This document shows positions 41,855 through 50,461 of a stretch of 64,000 nucleotides of DNA, in pieces; the stretch's first letter is position 1; the number at the start of each line of letters is the position of its first letter. Position numbers and translations under genes: made by a program. Source of the DNA: Ferruginibacter sp. (GTDB lineage Bacteria > Bacteroidota > Bacteroidia > Chitinophagales > Chitinophagaceae); assembly GCA_043732685.1 (NCBI GenBank), contig JAYTHI010000171.1:6988-70987 (forward strand), read 5' to 3'. The notes under the pieces are model-generated. The model did not search any database, was not told the DNA's origin, and saw only the letters and a program-made list of their open reading frames with translations.

Positions 41855-43102
41855 TTAGTAATGACATTTCTGACATTCGGTACCACCTATCTTTTCAACG
41901 GTTACACTATCTAATTTACCAGTTTTAATATCATTATGAAACTTTTCATAAATGCTATAGAATTTATTGCCTTCGCCAGTTTCTTTATTGTAAAAATTGA
42001 CTTTACTTTCTCTATGACAATTGATACACCAGCCCATACTTAATTCCGCATATTGATATACCTGTGGCATTTCCTGAATTGGACCATGACAGGTTTGACA
42101 AACTTGTTTTCCAACCTTAACGTGCTGACTATGATTAAAATAAACATGATCCGGCAGGTTGTGAATTCTAACCCATTGGATAGGCGCACCTGGTTTGTCG
42201 TATTTTTTAATATCAGGATTCCATCCGGCGTATTTGTATAATTTTTGAATTTCTGCAGTACCATTTACCTGTTTTCCATCTTCCTGCACAATTGCATCAC
42301 CCTTATACTCTTTTATAGCCATATGACAATTCATACAAACGTTAACGGAAGGAATATTTGCATGTTTACTATCCTGGGCACCACCGTGACAATACAAACA
42401 ACTAATTTGATTGGTGCCGGCATGTACTTTATGAGAATAATAAATGGGTTGTTCCGGTTGATAATTTTTCATTCTTCCCAAGCCTATTGCAGCATTGATT
42501 GTCATGTAACCACCTAAACAAAATAATACCAACACCCCCATCATGATGTATGTTTTATTACGATAGAAAGGAACTGGTTCAGAACGAAGTACCCCATCTT
42601 TTTCTTCGGACAGCTTACGAAGACTGCTATTTACTTGCAGTAGAATTAGGGCAATAACTGCCAGAATTAAAGTTAATATTCCAAATAGTAAAGAATTGTC
42701 TTCAGACGGTGCGCCTGCTTCACCTCCGGCTGGAGCTGCAGTGGCCGGTAATTTATAGGCATCTGCATAATCAAGAATGGCTTTAAGATCTTCTTTTGGA
42801 AGATTGAATTGCGTCATCCTTACATTGTATTTTGCAAGCAAACCCTTTGCATATGGATCAGATTCCAGCATTGAGTTGGTATTGTTAATCCATTTGTAGG
42901 CCCACTCCGCGTTTGGCTCACGTGCCCTGGCGCCTTGCATTTTGGGGCCGGTATAATCTTCAAGAGGTTTATGGCAGTTGGCACAGTTGGCTTTAAACAA
43001 AGCTTCACCATCAGCTGCAAAACTGAAATTGCTTATGGAGACTAATACAATAAATAGTAAACTTGCGGAGACTTTTTGTAAGATTTTTCTATAACGACTC
43101 AT
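41855..43102 (-). CDS. actA: Alternative complex III multiheme cytochrome c ActA (six CxxCH)
   Basis: CANCH (N-terminal domain), two TM helices, then CLYCH, CMNCH, CQTCH, CINCH, CQKCH. Confidence 0.95.
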   Translation of the reverse strand: MSRYRKILQKVSASLLFIVLVSISNFSFAADGEALFKANCANCHKPLEDYTGPKMQGARAREPNAEWAYKWINNTNSMLESDPYAKGLLAKYNVRMTQFNLPKEDLKAILDYADAYKLPATAAPAGGEAGAPSEDNSLLFGILTLILAVIALILLQVNSSLRKLSEEKDGVLRSEPVPFYRNKTYIMMGVLVLFCLGGYMTINAAIGLGRMKNYQPEQPIYYSHKVHAGTNQISCLYCHGGAQDSKHANIPSVNVCMNCHMAIKEYKGDAIVQEDGKQVNGTAEIQKLYKYAGWNPDIKKYDKPGAPIQWVRIHNLPDHVYFNHSQHVKVGKQVCQTCHGPIQEMPQVYQYAELSMGWCINCHRESKVNFYNKETGEGNKFYSIYEKFHNDIKTGKLDSVTVEKIGGTECQKCHY

Positions 43103-43147
43103 ACAGTTATTCGGATGCTTAATTGGAAGAATATCCTTCTATGGCTG

Positions 43148-43180
43148 CAAAAATAAGTTAGTATGTCCACATAATATCAA
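43148..43180 (-). promoter_or_regulatory. Candidate sigma70 promoter of the act-cox operon
   Basis: Minus strand TTG-N22-TATTTTTG(CA), 46 nt upstream of the actA ATG; spacer slightly longer than the usual 19-21 nt. Confidence 0.5.
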
Positions 43181-43249
43181 CATTTTTAAAAAAAATTTTT
43201 CCTTGCCCAGCTTGGTTTTCAGCTAATTGTTATACTTGCGTATAGCTAA

Positions 43250-43278
43250 TTGTCACAATTATGTAAACATTATTTTTG
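43250..43278 (+). promoter_or_regulatory. Candidate divergent sigma70 promoter (toward purN)
   Basis: TTG-N18-TATTTTTG(CA) on the plus strand, ~235 nt upstream of purN. Confidence 0.45.
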
Positions 43279-43512
43279 CAATCCAATTTTCATTTTCCTG
43301 CCAATGAACTTATTTGTTTGATGTTTGGCCTTGCTTAAAAATAATTACATCAACGGTGACATTTTAAATTAATTGGCCCTTTTATATCAATATTCAATAA
43401 ATAATACAAAAGATTTTTCCAAATTAGCAAGTACAAAATTTATTAAAGTTACTTTTAGGCGGTTAGCAAAAACCGCCTTATACTTCAATTAAAATTTATA
43501 ACCAAGATACTA

Positions 43513-44136
43513 ATGAGCGAACCTATTCTTTCAATGATGGCCGAAAAAAAAATCCCCGCTATCGCAATCTTTGCAAGCGGTGCAGGTAGTAACGCTGAAA
43601 AAATTATTGAATATCTTTTTTTAAAAGAAACAGTTGCAGTGGTAAAATTAATAGTTTGCAACAAGCCGGATGCAGGCGTATTAAATATCGCTAAAAAATA
43701 TGCTATTGAAACCTTATTGATAGAAAAGGAATTATTTTTTAACAGTGATATATATATAAGTGTTCTAAAAAACAGCCATATCGATTTTATAGTCTTAGCC
43801 GGCTTTTTATGGAAGATTCCTGTATCCTTAATAAAAGCTTATCCTGATAAAATAATAAATATTCATCCAGCACTTTTGCCGAAATACGGTGGCAAAGGTA
43901 TGTACGGCAATAAAGTACATGAGGCTGTTATTAATGCCGGAGAGCAGGAAAGTGGCATAACAATTCATTATGTAGATGAATTTTATGATCATGGGAAAAT
44001 AATTTTGCAAACCACCTGCACTATAGATGCCGGTGATACCGCAGCAAGCTTGGCCGACAAAATACATATATTGGAACATCAAAATTATCCACTGGCTATT
44101 GAGCTGATCTTAAGCAAGCAAAGGGTGCAGCATTAA
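43513..44136 (+). CDS. purN: Phosphoribosylglycinamide formyltransferase
   Basis: IFASGAGSNA, VLAGFL, INIHPALLPKYGG, SGITIHYV..YDHG, EH..YP. Confidence 0.97.
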   Translation: MSEPILSMMAEKKIPAIAIFASGAGSNAEKIIEYLFLKETVAVVKLIVCNKPDAGVLNIAKKYAIETLLIEKELFFNSDIYISVLKNSHIDFIVLAGFLWKIPVSLIKAYPDKIINIHPALLPKYGGKGMYGNKVHEAVINAGEQESGITIHYVDEFYDHGKIILQTTCTIDAGDTAASLADKIHILEHQNYPLAIELILSKQRVQH

Positions 44137-44157
44137 GCAGGCGTGCTGGTAAGATGT

Positions 44158-44674
44158 ATTTATTGGATTAGGTAGATTATTCGCAAACCTGCTATTTTAA
44201 GCTGTTTTTACTTTTTAAATGTAGCCCTTTAAAAAACATACCTGTCATTAAGTAACCTTGGTTAACCTTAAAAAACGCGACTATTTCTAAAGCGTTATAA
44301 TATTTAAGCCGCATTTTTTCAATTCAGCACCAGTTTTTCGCTGCATACCCTTCGCCTCTACAGCCGGCGGGCTGCGTAACTGCAAAGCCGCCCATTGGCT
44401 TCTTTCAAAAAAAATAAGCTGCGTATTTTTTATTGAATCCCGCCCATGGCGGACCGAACCCAATGAGGCGGCTTATGTAATTACCGGTATTTTTAAAACC
44501 AGTCTGCGAAGGGCATCATTTATTGAAAATGTATAATTTGCATGGATAAAATATAAAAACTAAGCACCAATAAGTTTGCGAATTAAAATGCCTGATGTAC
44601 ACTTTTGTATTATCTAAAAGTTATGCAGCTAAGACTATACTGTTTTTGCGAATTATCTACCTAATCCAATAAAT
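44158..44674. mobile_element. Putative non-autonomous element (MITE-like) bounded by inverted repeats
   Basis: 44158-44187 ATTTATTGGATTAGGTAGATTATTCGCAAA is 29/30 identical to the reverse complement of 44645-44674; weaker similarity continues ~30 nt inward; no transposase and no clear target-site duplication. Confidence 0.5.
44385..44474. ncRNA. GC-rich multi-stem structured sequence (unassigned RNA-like motif or repeat core)
   Basis: Outer stem AAGCCGCCCATTGG / CCAATGAGGCGGCTT (one bulge) closes two inner hairpins (44404-44437 and 44440-44452); a further hairpin CAGCC-GGCG-GGCTG at 44361-44374. Expression not shown. Confidence 0.4.
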
Positions 44675-44878
44675 TTATTTCCATAAATTTATCTTAGCTA
44701 TTATGAAGGTCAAGTAACAGAAAATTATTAACCCCATTCCATAACAAAATAGATTCCGTCTTTATATCAGATTTTTTTTTATTAATTTACTATCATCCAG
44801 CTGTTTGTTGTGGTAAAAAAGCAAAATTGCCGTTAAAAGGAGCTGCCATTTATAAACTTATAATATGTTGGTGTAATA

Positions 44879-45664
44879 TTGCTGCTAATAATTAGCGTAT
44901 TGTACAATCCATTTAAAATTTTCTGCTTACTGTTTTTTTTGCTGATGCTGACCAACGCAGTAATGGCCCAATTTAGCATTAGCGGTACGGTGTATGAATC
45001 TTCCAAAACAATACCTGTAAAAAACGTTGTTGTAAAAAGTAGTTCAGGTACCATGACAACTACTGATTCGGCCGGCCGTTATACCATTGCCTGTGTACAA
45101 AAAGATTCGCTCACTTTTATCTATCACAATAAGGCTACCAACTGGTTTGCTGTAAAATTAATAGAGAATATGAGCAGTTTTGATATTTCTCTGCACATTA
45201 CCCTAAATGACCGGTTTAAAACATTAAAGGAAGTTAGGGTGTTCAGTAAAAATTATCAGCAGGATTCTATTGCCAACAGAGAAGATTATGCGAAGGCTTT
45301 TAATTACCACAAACCGGGTATTTCAACCACAAGTTCTGATTATAGCGGCACACCCGGACTGGATCTTGATGAATTTATAAATATTTTTCGGTTTAAAAGA
45401 AATAAACAATTAAAACATCTTCAGACAAGGGTATTGGAACAGGAACGGGAAAGCTATGTTAGTTATCGTTTTAATAAAAATCTAATCCGCCGAATTACCC
45501 ATTTGGATGGCACTGATCTGGATGACTTTTTGGGTCGTTACAGACCAAGTTTTGAGTTTACCCAATTAAGTTCCCTTCCTAATTTTTACCAATATATCCT
45601 TAACTCCTCCTACCAGTTTAAAAAAGAAAGAAATATAGAAGACCTCAAAGAACAAACACCGTAA
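44879..45664 (+). CDS. Exported protein with carboxypeptidase-regulatory-like N-terminal domain
   Basis: Signal peptide, ISGTVYE...TTTDSAGRYTI...DSLTF, LKEVRV; start codon uncertain. Confidence 0.75.
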   Translation: MLLIISVLYNPFKIFCLLFFLLMLTNAVMAQFSISGTVYESSKTIPVKNVVVKSSSGTMTTTDSAGRYTIACVQKDSLTFIYHNKATNWFAVKLIENMSSFDISLHITLNDRFKTLKEVRVFSKNYQQDSIANREDYAKAFNYHKPGISTTSSDYSGTPGLDLDEFINIFRFKRNKQLKHLQTRVLEQERESYVSYRFNKNLIRRITHLDGTDLDDFLGRYRPSFEFTQLSSLPNFYQYILNSSYQFKKERNIEDLKEQTP

Positions 45665-45772
45665 TTTGAGCCATAATACATTAATTAACTACTACACATA
45701 TTTAATTTTGCGGAAAAACAATCTTAGATTTTCGTTTAAATTAACTTTTTAAGAAAATTATAAATTAAGAAA

Positions 45773-46318
45773 ATGGAACAAACTTTATTAGGGGTAGGTA
45801 CCCGATTACAGCACACTCAATATGGGCAAGGGGTAATTATAGGTGTTAGGTATGCTACTTATCTGATTACTTTTATAAATTATGGCACTGTTGAAATTGA
45901 CAAAACGGATACCGGACTGGATGAAATTATTCCCGCGCAGGTTACGGTAGAAATAGAAACGGTATCAGAAACGGAAAAGTCATTATTAAAGATTTTACGC
46001 CTTTGGGGCAATGTAAATGAAATTGTACCCCTTGGTGAAAAATGGATCGGCGGTACAATTTTATTACAGCCTGCAGATAAAAATTTAAAACCAAAAGAAA
46101 TTCCGGCAGCCGATTTTTTTCATAAAATAGTGATGCTGCGGGATAGGCTGCGTGTATTGGAACAAAATATAAACAGCCATAAAAAATTAACCGATGAAGA
46201 GAAGGTAAATATGCAGCAATACATAACCCGCTGTTACGGATCACTTACAACTTTTAATGTTTTATTTAAAGAAAAAGAGCATTGGTTTATTGGGGATAAA
46301 AGTAATAAGGAGGATTAA
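45773..46318 (+). CDS. Conserved hypothetical cytoplasmic protein
   Basis: 181-aa ORF with an A-rich initiation region; N-terminal G.R..H..YG.G.I motif and a helical C-terminus (FFHKIVMLRDRLRVLEQ). Confidence 0.8.
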   Translation: MEQTLLGVGTRLQHTQYGQGVIIGVRYATYLITFINYGTVEIDKTDTGLDEIIPAQVTVEIETVSETEKSLLKILRLWGNVNEIVPLGEKWIGGTILLQPADKNLKPKEIPAADFFHKIVMLRDRLRVLEQNINSHKKLTDEEKVNMQQYITRCYGSLTTFNVLFKEKEHWFIGDKSNKED

Positions 46319-46414
46319 GCAGGCAAACAAAAAAAATATATTTTAATGGCTTCATTACTATTTATGACCCATTAACCTTAGAACATACGGTATTTTATTT
46401 CCTGCAAAATTTAG

Positions 46415-46492
46415 AACACACTTTTAACATACCTAAAAGTATATAGCAGCGGCCTGTACTGCTTTTTTCGAATTATCTATCAAATCCCATTG
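46415..46492. repeat. Degenerate third copy of the 44.6-kb element end
   Basis: ACACTTTT...CTAAAAGT...GCAGC...TACTG.TTTT..CGAATTATCTA..AATCC aligns by eye with 44599-44668 in direct orientation. Confidence 0.65.
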
Positions 46493-46494
46493 TA

Positions 46495-48480
46495 TTAATA
46501 TTTCAGTAGTTTTTCAATACATTCATGAAGGCGGCTATAAGCCATAAAGTTTTTTTCAAGTTCAATATTAAAAGGTATCGGCGTATCAAGACTGCCGCAG
46601 CGCAATACAGGTGCATCTAAAAATTCGAAGCAATTTTCGGCGATCCATGCAGCAATTTCTCCACCAATGCCCCCTGTTAAAGTATCTTCATGTAACAGCA
46701 ATACTTTACCGGTTGCCTTGACCCCGGTTTTAATTGCATCATAATCCAACGGCAATAATGTACGCAGATCTATAATATAAAAAGAATTTTCAACGTGATC
46801 TTTTGCATATTGAATAGCCCAATGAACACCTGCACCGTAGGTAATTATTGTTACATCAGCTCCGGCTTGTACAACGCTTGCCTTACCAATTTCAATCTCA
46901 TAATATTCATCAGGAACGGGGCCGCTGATGCTTCTGTATAAAGCCTTGTGTTCGAAAAACAATACCGGATTAGGGTCATTAATAGCCGCTATTAATAATC
47001 CTTTGGCATCCGTTGGCGTGGATGGGTAAACAATTTTTAAGCCTGGTGTATGCACAAACCAAGCCTCGTTACTTTGGCTGTGAAACGGTCCTGCCCCTAC
47101 ACCACCGCCGGTAGGCATACGAATAACCACATCGGCATTTTGACCCCAACGGTAATGGATTTTTGCAAGGTTATTGATAATTTGATTAAAGCCTACCGTA
47201 GCAAAATCTGCAAACTGCATCTCCATTAAACCTTTAAAACCTTCCAGACTTAAACCCAGAGCAGCACCCACAATAGCACTCTCACAGATGGGGGTATTGC
47301 GAATTCTATCTTTGCCAAATTTTTCTGCCAGGCCTTCGGTAATTTTAAATGCACCCCCGTATTCCGCTATATCCTGCCCCATTACAATTAGCCCCGGGTG
47401 TTTCTCCATCGATTGTACCAAACCCTCTTTAATGCCATCAATAAAACGTTTTTCAGGCGTCGTTTTAGGTAAAGGAATATTTAAAATATATTGTTGTTTG
47501 TGCGCTGCAAATAAATCCTCCAGTTCGGCTTTAGTATCTGCTACCATCGGGACAGACTCATATCCCATTTTTACCTCTGTATCGATATACTCTTTAAATT
47601 GCTGTCGGGTTTCAATGATAAATTGCTCCGTAATTACTTCCTGCTCTAATAAATAATTTTCGTAATTTTTGATAGGATCTTTTTGTTGCCACAAATCAAA
47701 TAAATGAGCAGGTACATATTTTGTACCGCTCGATTCTTCATGTCCGCGCATTCTGAACGTCATGCATTCAATCAGGTAAGGTTTTTGGTTTTCAATACAA
47801 TACTCGCGAACACCTTTAATGGTATCATAGACCTCTAAAATATTGTTGCCGTCAATCTGAATACCTTCCATTCCATAGCCTTTGGCACGATCTACTAAAT
47901 TAAAGCAACGGTACTGCTCGTTAATGGGTGTACTTAAGCCATAGCCATTATTTTCTATGATAAAAATAACAGGAAGATCCCATACTGCGGCAACATTAAG
48001 CGCTTCGTGAAAGTCTCCTTCACTTGTACCTCCGTCTCCGGTAAATGCCACAGCTACTTTGTTGTTGCCACTTAATTTATAGGCTAATGCTACACCATCT
48101 GCAATGGCCATTTGCGGACCCAGATGAGAAATCATTCCACAGATATGGTGCTCTTTATTGCCAAAATGAAAACTTCTTTCCCGGCCTTTACTGTACCCAT
48201 CTTTACTTCCCTGCCATTGTTTAAATAATTTATGCAACGGCATTTTACGCGCTGTAAATACGCCAAGATTACGGTGCAACGGCATTATCCATTCCTGCTG
48301 CTGCATGGCCATTGTAACCCCAACGCTGATTGCCTCCTGACCAATACCACTGAACCATTTGGAGATTTTACCCTGCCTTAATAAAAGCAGCATTTTTTCT
48401 TCAATCATCCGGGGAAGTAATAAATTTTTATATAGTTCGATCAGGATTTCGTTGGAGATATTTTTTCTATTAAAAAGCAT
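46495..48480 (-). CDS. 2-oxoacid dehydrogenase E1, fused alpha/beta (branched-chain type)
   Basis: TPP motif GDGGTSEGDFHEALN..., FRMRGHEES, then beta domain MGQDI, NTPICE, EMQFADF, GPFHSQS. Confidence 0.95.
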   Translation of the reverse strand: MLFNRKNISNEILIELYKNLLLPRMIEEKMLLLLRQGKISKWFSGIGQEAISVGVTMAMQQQEWIMPLHRNLGVFTARKMPLHKLFKQWQGSKDGYSKGRERSFHFGNKEHHICGMISHLGPQMAIADGVALAYKLSGNNKVAVAFTGDGGTSEGDFHEALNVAAVWDLPVIFIIENNGYGLSTPINEQYRCFNLVDRAKGYGMEGIQIDGNNILEVYDTIKGVREYCIENQKPYLIECMTFRMRGHEESSGTKYVPAHLFDLWQQKDPIKNYENYLLEQEVITEQFIIETRQQFKEYIDTEVKMGYESVPMVADTKAELEDLFAAHKQQYILNIPLPKTTPEKRFIDGIKEGLVQSMEKHPGLIVMGQDIAEYGGAFKITEGLAEKFGKDRIRNTPICESAIVGAALGLSLEGFKGLMEMQFADFATVGFNQIINNLAKIHYRWGQNADVVIRMPTGGGVGAGPFHSQSNEAWFVHTPGLKIVYPSTPTDAKGLLIAAINDPNPVLFFEHKALYRSISGPVPDEYYEIEIGKASVVQAGADVTIITYGAGVHWAIQYAKDHVENSFYIIDLRTLLPLDYDAIKTGVKATGKVLLLHEDTLTGGIGGEIAAWIAENCFEFLDAPVLRCGSLDTPIPFNIELEKNFMAYSRLHECIEKLLKY

Positions 48481-48766
48481 GCCCGTTAATATTTAATAGT
48501 GAGTACACTAAGTTAGGTATAAAAGTTATTAGTTATAAGTTATGAGGTATAAGTGCTGCGATGGCAGGGTTGTTGTTTTTTTTGAGGACCTAAAATTCTT
48601 TATAAGCTGCGTTTATTTTATTTGTAAATTTTTTAGATAAAATTTCATTTTTCAAATAAATAATTGCGGTACGCATAAAAAATTGAAAATATACTTTTAC
48701 ATAAAATAAGAAATTTTTAACTGCACAAAATTAGTTTTGGTTACTTGTTAATGACAACAGCTTAAC

Positions 48767-49123
48767 TTATTTTGCAGCATTAGTAAATGCTTTTTTATTA
48801 ACATAACTATTAAAGAAAGAAAGCAGTATGCTAAACAACATGGCGTACCAAAAACCATCCACCTCAAAACCATGTACAAAGTGAGCATCCAATAAAATGA
48901 TGCAGGCATTTATTACAAATAAAAAAAGCCCAAGGGTAAAAATTGTTGCCGGCAAGGTTAGTATTACCAACAAAGGTTTTATAACTGCATCCAGCACTGC
49001 CAAAACCAAGGCCACCAATACTGCGGTAATGATATTGTTGTTTCGGATAGCAATACCCGGAAGAATGGCTGCCAGGATAAAAACATTGACAGTGCTGATT
49101 AATATTTTATATAAAAATTTCAT
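48767..49123 (-). CDS. YvlD / 'phage holin family' membrane protein
   Basis: Four TM segments with IKPLLVILTLPATIFTLGLFLFVINA; no phage genes nearby. Confidence 0.88.
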   Translation of the reverse strand: MKFLYKILISTVNVFILAAILPGIAIRNNNIITAVLVALVLAVLDAVIKPLLVILTLPATIFTLGLFLFVINACIILLDAHFVHGFEVDGFWYAMLFSILLSFFNSYVNKKAFTNAAK

Positions 49124-49135
49124 GGTCAACCGATT

Positions 49136-50416
49136 TTAAATTACCACCAATTCATAAAAATCTTCGGGTTGTAAATATTTAATGGCCAGGGTCCTTAATT
49201 CTTCTGCAGAAATATTTTTTATCATTTTGATGGTATCATAAAAATATTGCTCGTTGAGGTTATTAAGTATAATATTTTTCCAACGGCCAATGATATGGAA
49301 GGGTCCATCAAGGTCGCCAAGGATGGTACCTATTAAATAATTACGGATCAATAACAATTCTTCTTCATCAATTAATTCTTCCCGCAAGATTTCCATTTCT
49401 TTATACACTTCTTCAATAGTGGCTTCAGTAACCTCCTTGCCGGCTTCTGTACTTATTAACAATGCCGTATCTTGAAAATGGCTTTGCACATAACTATGAA
49501 TGCCATAAGTATACCCTTTATCTTCCCGGATATTATCCATTAACCTGGAGCCAAAATAGCCGCCAAAAACAGTGTTTAAAACCATCATCGGCATAAAATC
49601 AGGATGGTGTCTGTTGGGAAATGGGCGGGCAATTCTTACAGCACCCTGCACACCGTTTACATCATTAGAAATACGGTATTTTTTTTGCTCAACAGGTAAA
49701 GCCTGAACCGTTTTGGGATTTTTAATGCCGGGCTTCAGACCGAGTTTTCCAAACTGTTCATTCAATAAAGTATAAAGATTTTCAGGAAGTTTGCCCGCTA
49801 CAAAAATTACACAATTTCCATTTAAATAATACTGCTGAAAATGATCTTTGAGTTGGGATGTTGATAGCGCATCAAAATCCTCAGCAATAATATATTTACC
49901 ATAGGGATGATGATCTCCATACAGGTAGGCGTCAATTAAACGATTGGCTACAATATCGCATTTTTGCAGACTAACCGCTAATTTTTGCTTGCTGTTTTGT
50001 TTATAAATATTTAATTCTTCTTCGGGGAAAATTGAGTCGGTAATCATTTCCTTTATCACCGGAAGAAGCACCTCAATATGTTTTGATAAGGTGTGTAAAC
50101 TGATGGAAGCGGTTTCATGATGACAGCCCCTATTGCAATAGGCGCCATAATATTCAAAGTGTTCATTTATTTCGAAGGCTGTTTTTGTTGAAGTGCCATT
50201 CTTTAACATATGACTTGTTGCTGCTGCAACACCATTGCTTTTTTGGTAACTGTCGCCTGCATAAAAGATCATTTCTAATTGTACTACTTCCTGTGCACCG
50301 GCATCTATGGAATACACTTCTACCCCATTGTCCAACACCATTTTTTGGTAAGGTTTTAATTGAAGGTCAAATTCTATGGCGTCTTTTATTAATGGAGCTT
50401 CTGTTCTGTTTAGCAT
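49136..50416 (-). CDS. M16 peptidase family, non-catalytic subunit
   Basis: M16 fold motifs (LDNG, GGYFGSRLMDNIREDKGYTYG) but SHMLK in place of HxxEH. Confidence 0.9.
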   Translation of the reverse strand: MLNRTEAPLIKDAIEFDLQLKPYQKMVLDNGVEVYSIDAGAQEVVQLEMIFYAGDSYQKSNGVAAATSHMLKNGTSTKTAFEINEHFEYYGAYCNRGCHHETASISLHTLSKHIEVLLPVIKEMITDSIFPEEELNIYKQNSKQKLAVSLQKCDIVANRLIDAYLYGDHHPYGKYIIAEDFDALSTSQLKDHFQQYYLNGNCVIFVAGKLPENLYTLLNEQFGKLGLKPGIKNPKTVQALPVEQKKYRISNDVNGVQGAVRIARPFPNRHHPDFMPMMVLNTVFGGYFGSRLMDNIREDKGYTYGIHSYVQSHFQDTALLISTEAGKEVTEATIEEVYKEMEILREELIDEEELLLIRNYLIGTILGDLDGPFHIIGRWKNIILNNLNEQYFYDTIKMIKNISAEELRTLAIKYLQPEDFYELVVI

Positions 50417-50461
50417 TAAATATTATCTTTTCTTATCCTTAAAAAACGGGATGTATTTAAA

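Noticed and set aside
43457-43478. AGGCGGTT / AACCGCCT hairpin upstream of purN as a purine riboswitch
   Set aside because: It is a single 8-bp hairpin with none of the conserved purine, ZTP or PRPP riboswitch features I could recognise.
44341-44474. SRP RNA, 6S RNA, tRNA or RNase P assignment for the structured region
   Set aside because: It lacks the SRP helix-8 motif, the tRNA T-loop (GTTCRA in cloverleaf context) and the RNase P P4 motif; left unassigned.
48767-49123. Prophage, suggested by the 'phage holin family' protein
   Set aside because: The YvlD-type membrane protein lies directly behind the M16 pair, with no endolysin, structural or integrase genes nearby.
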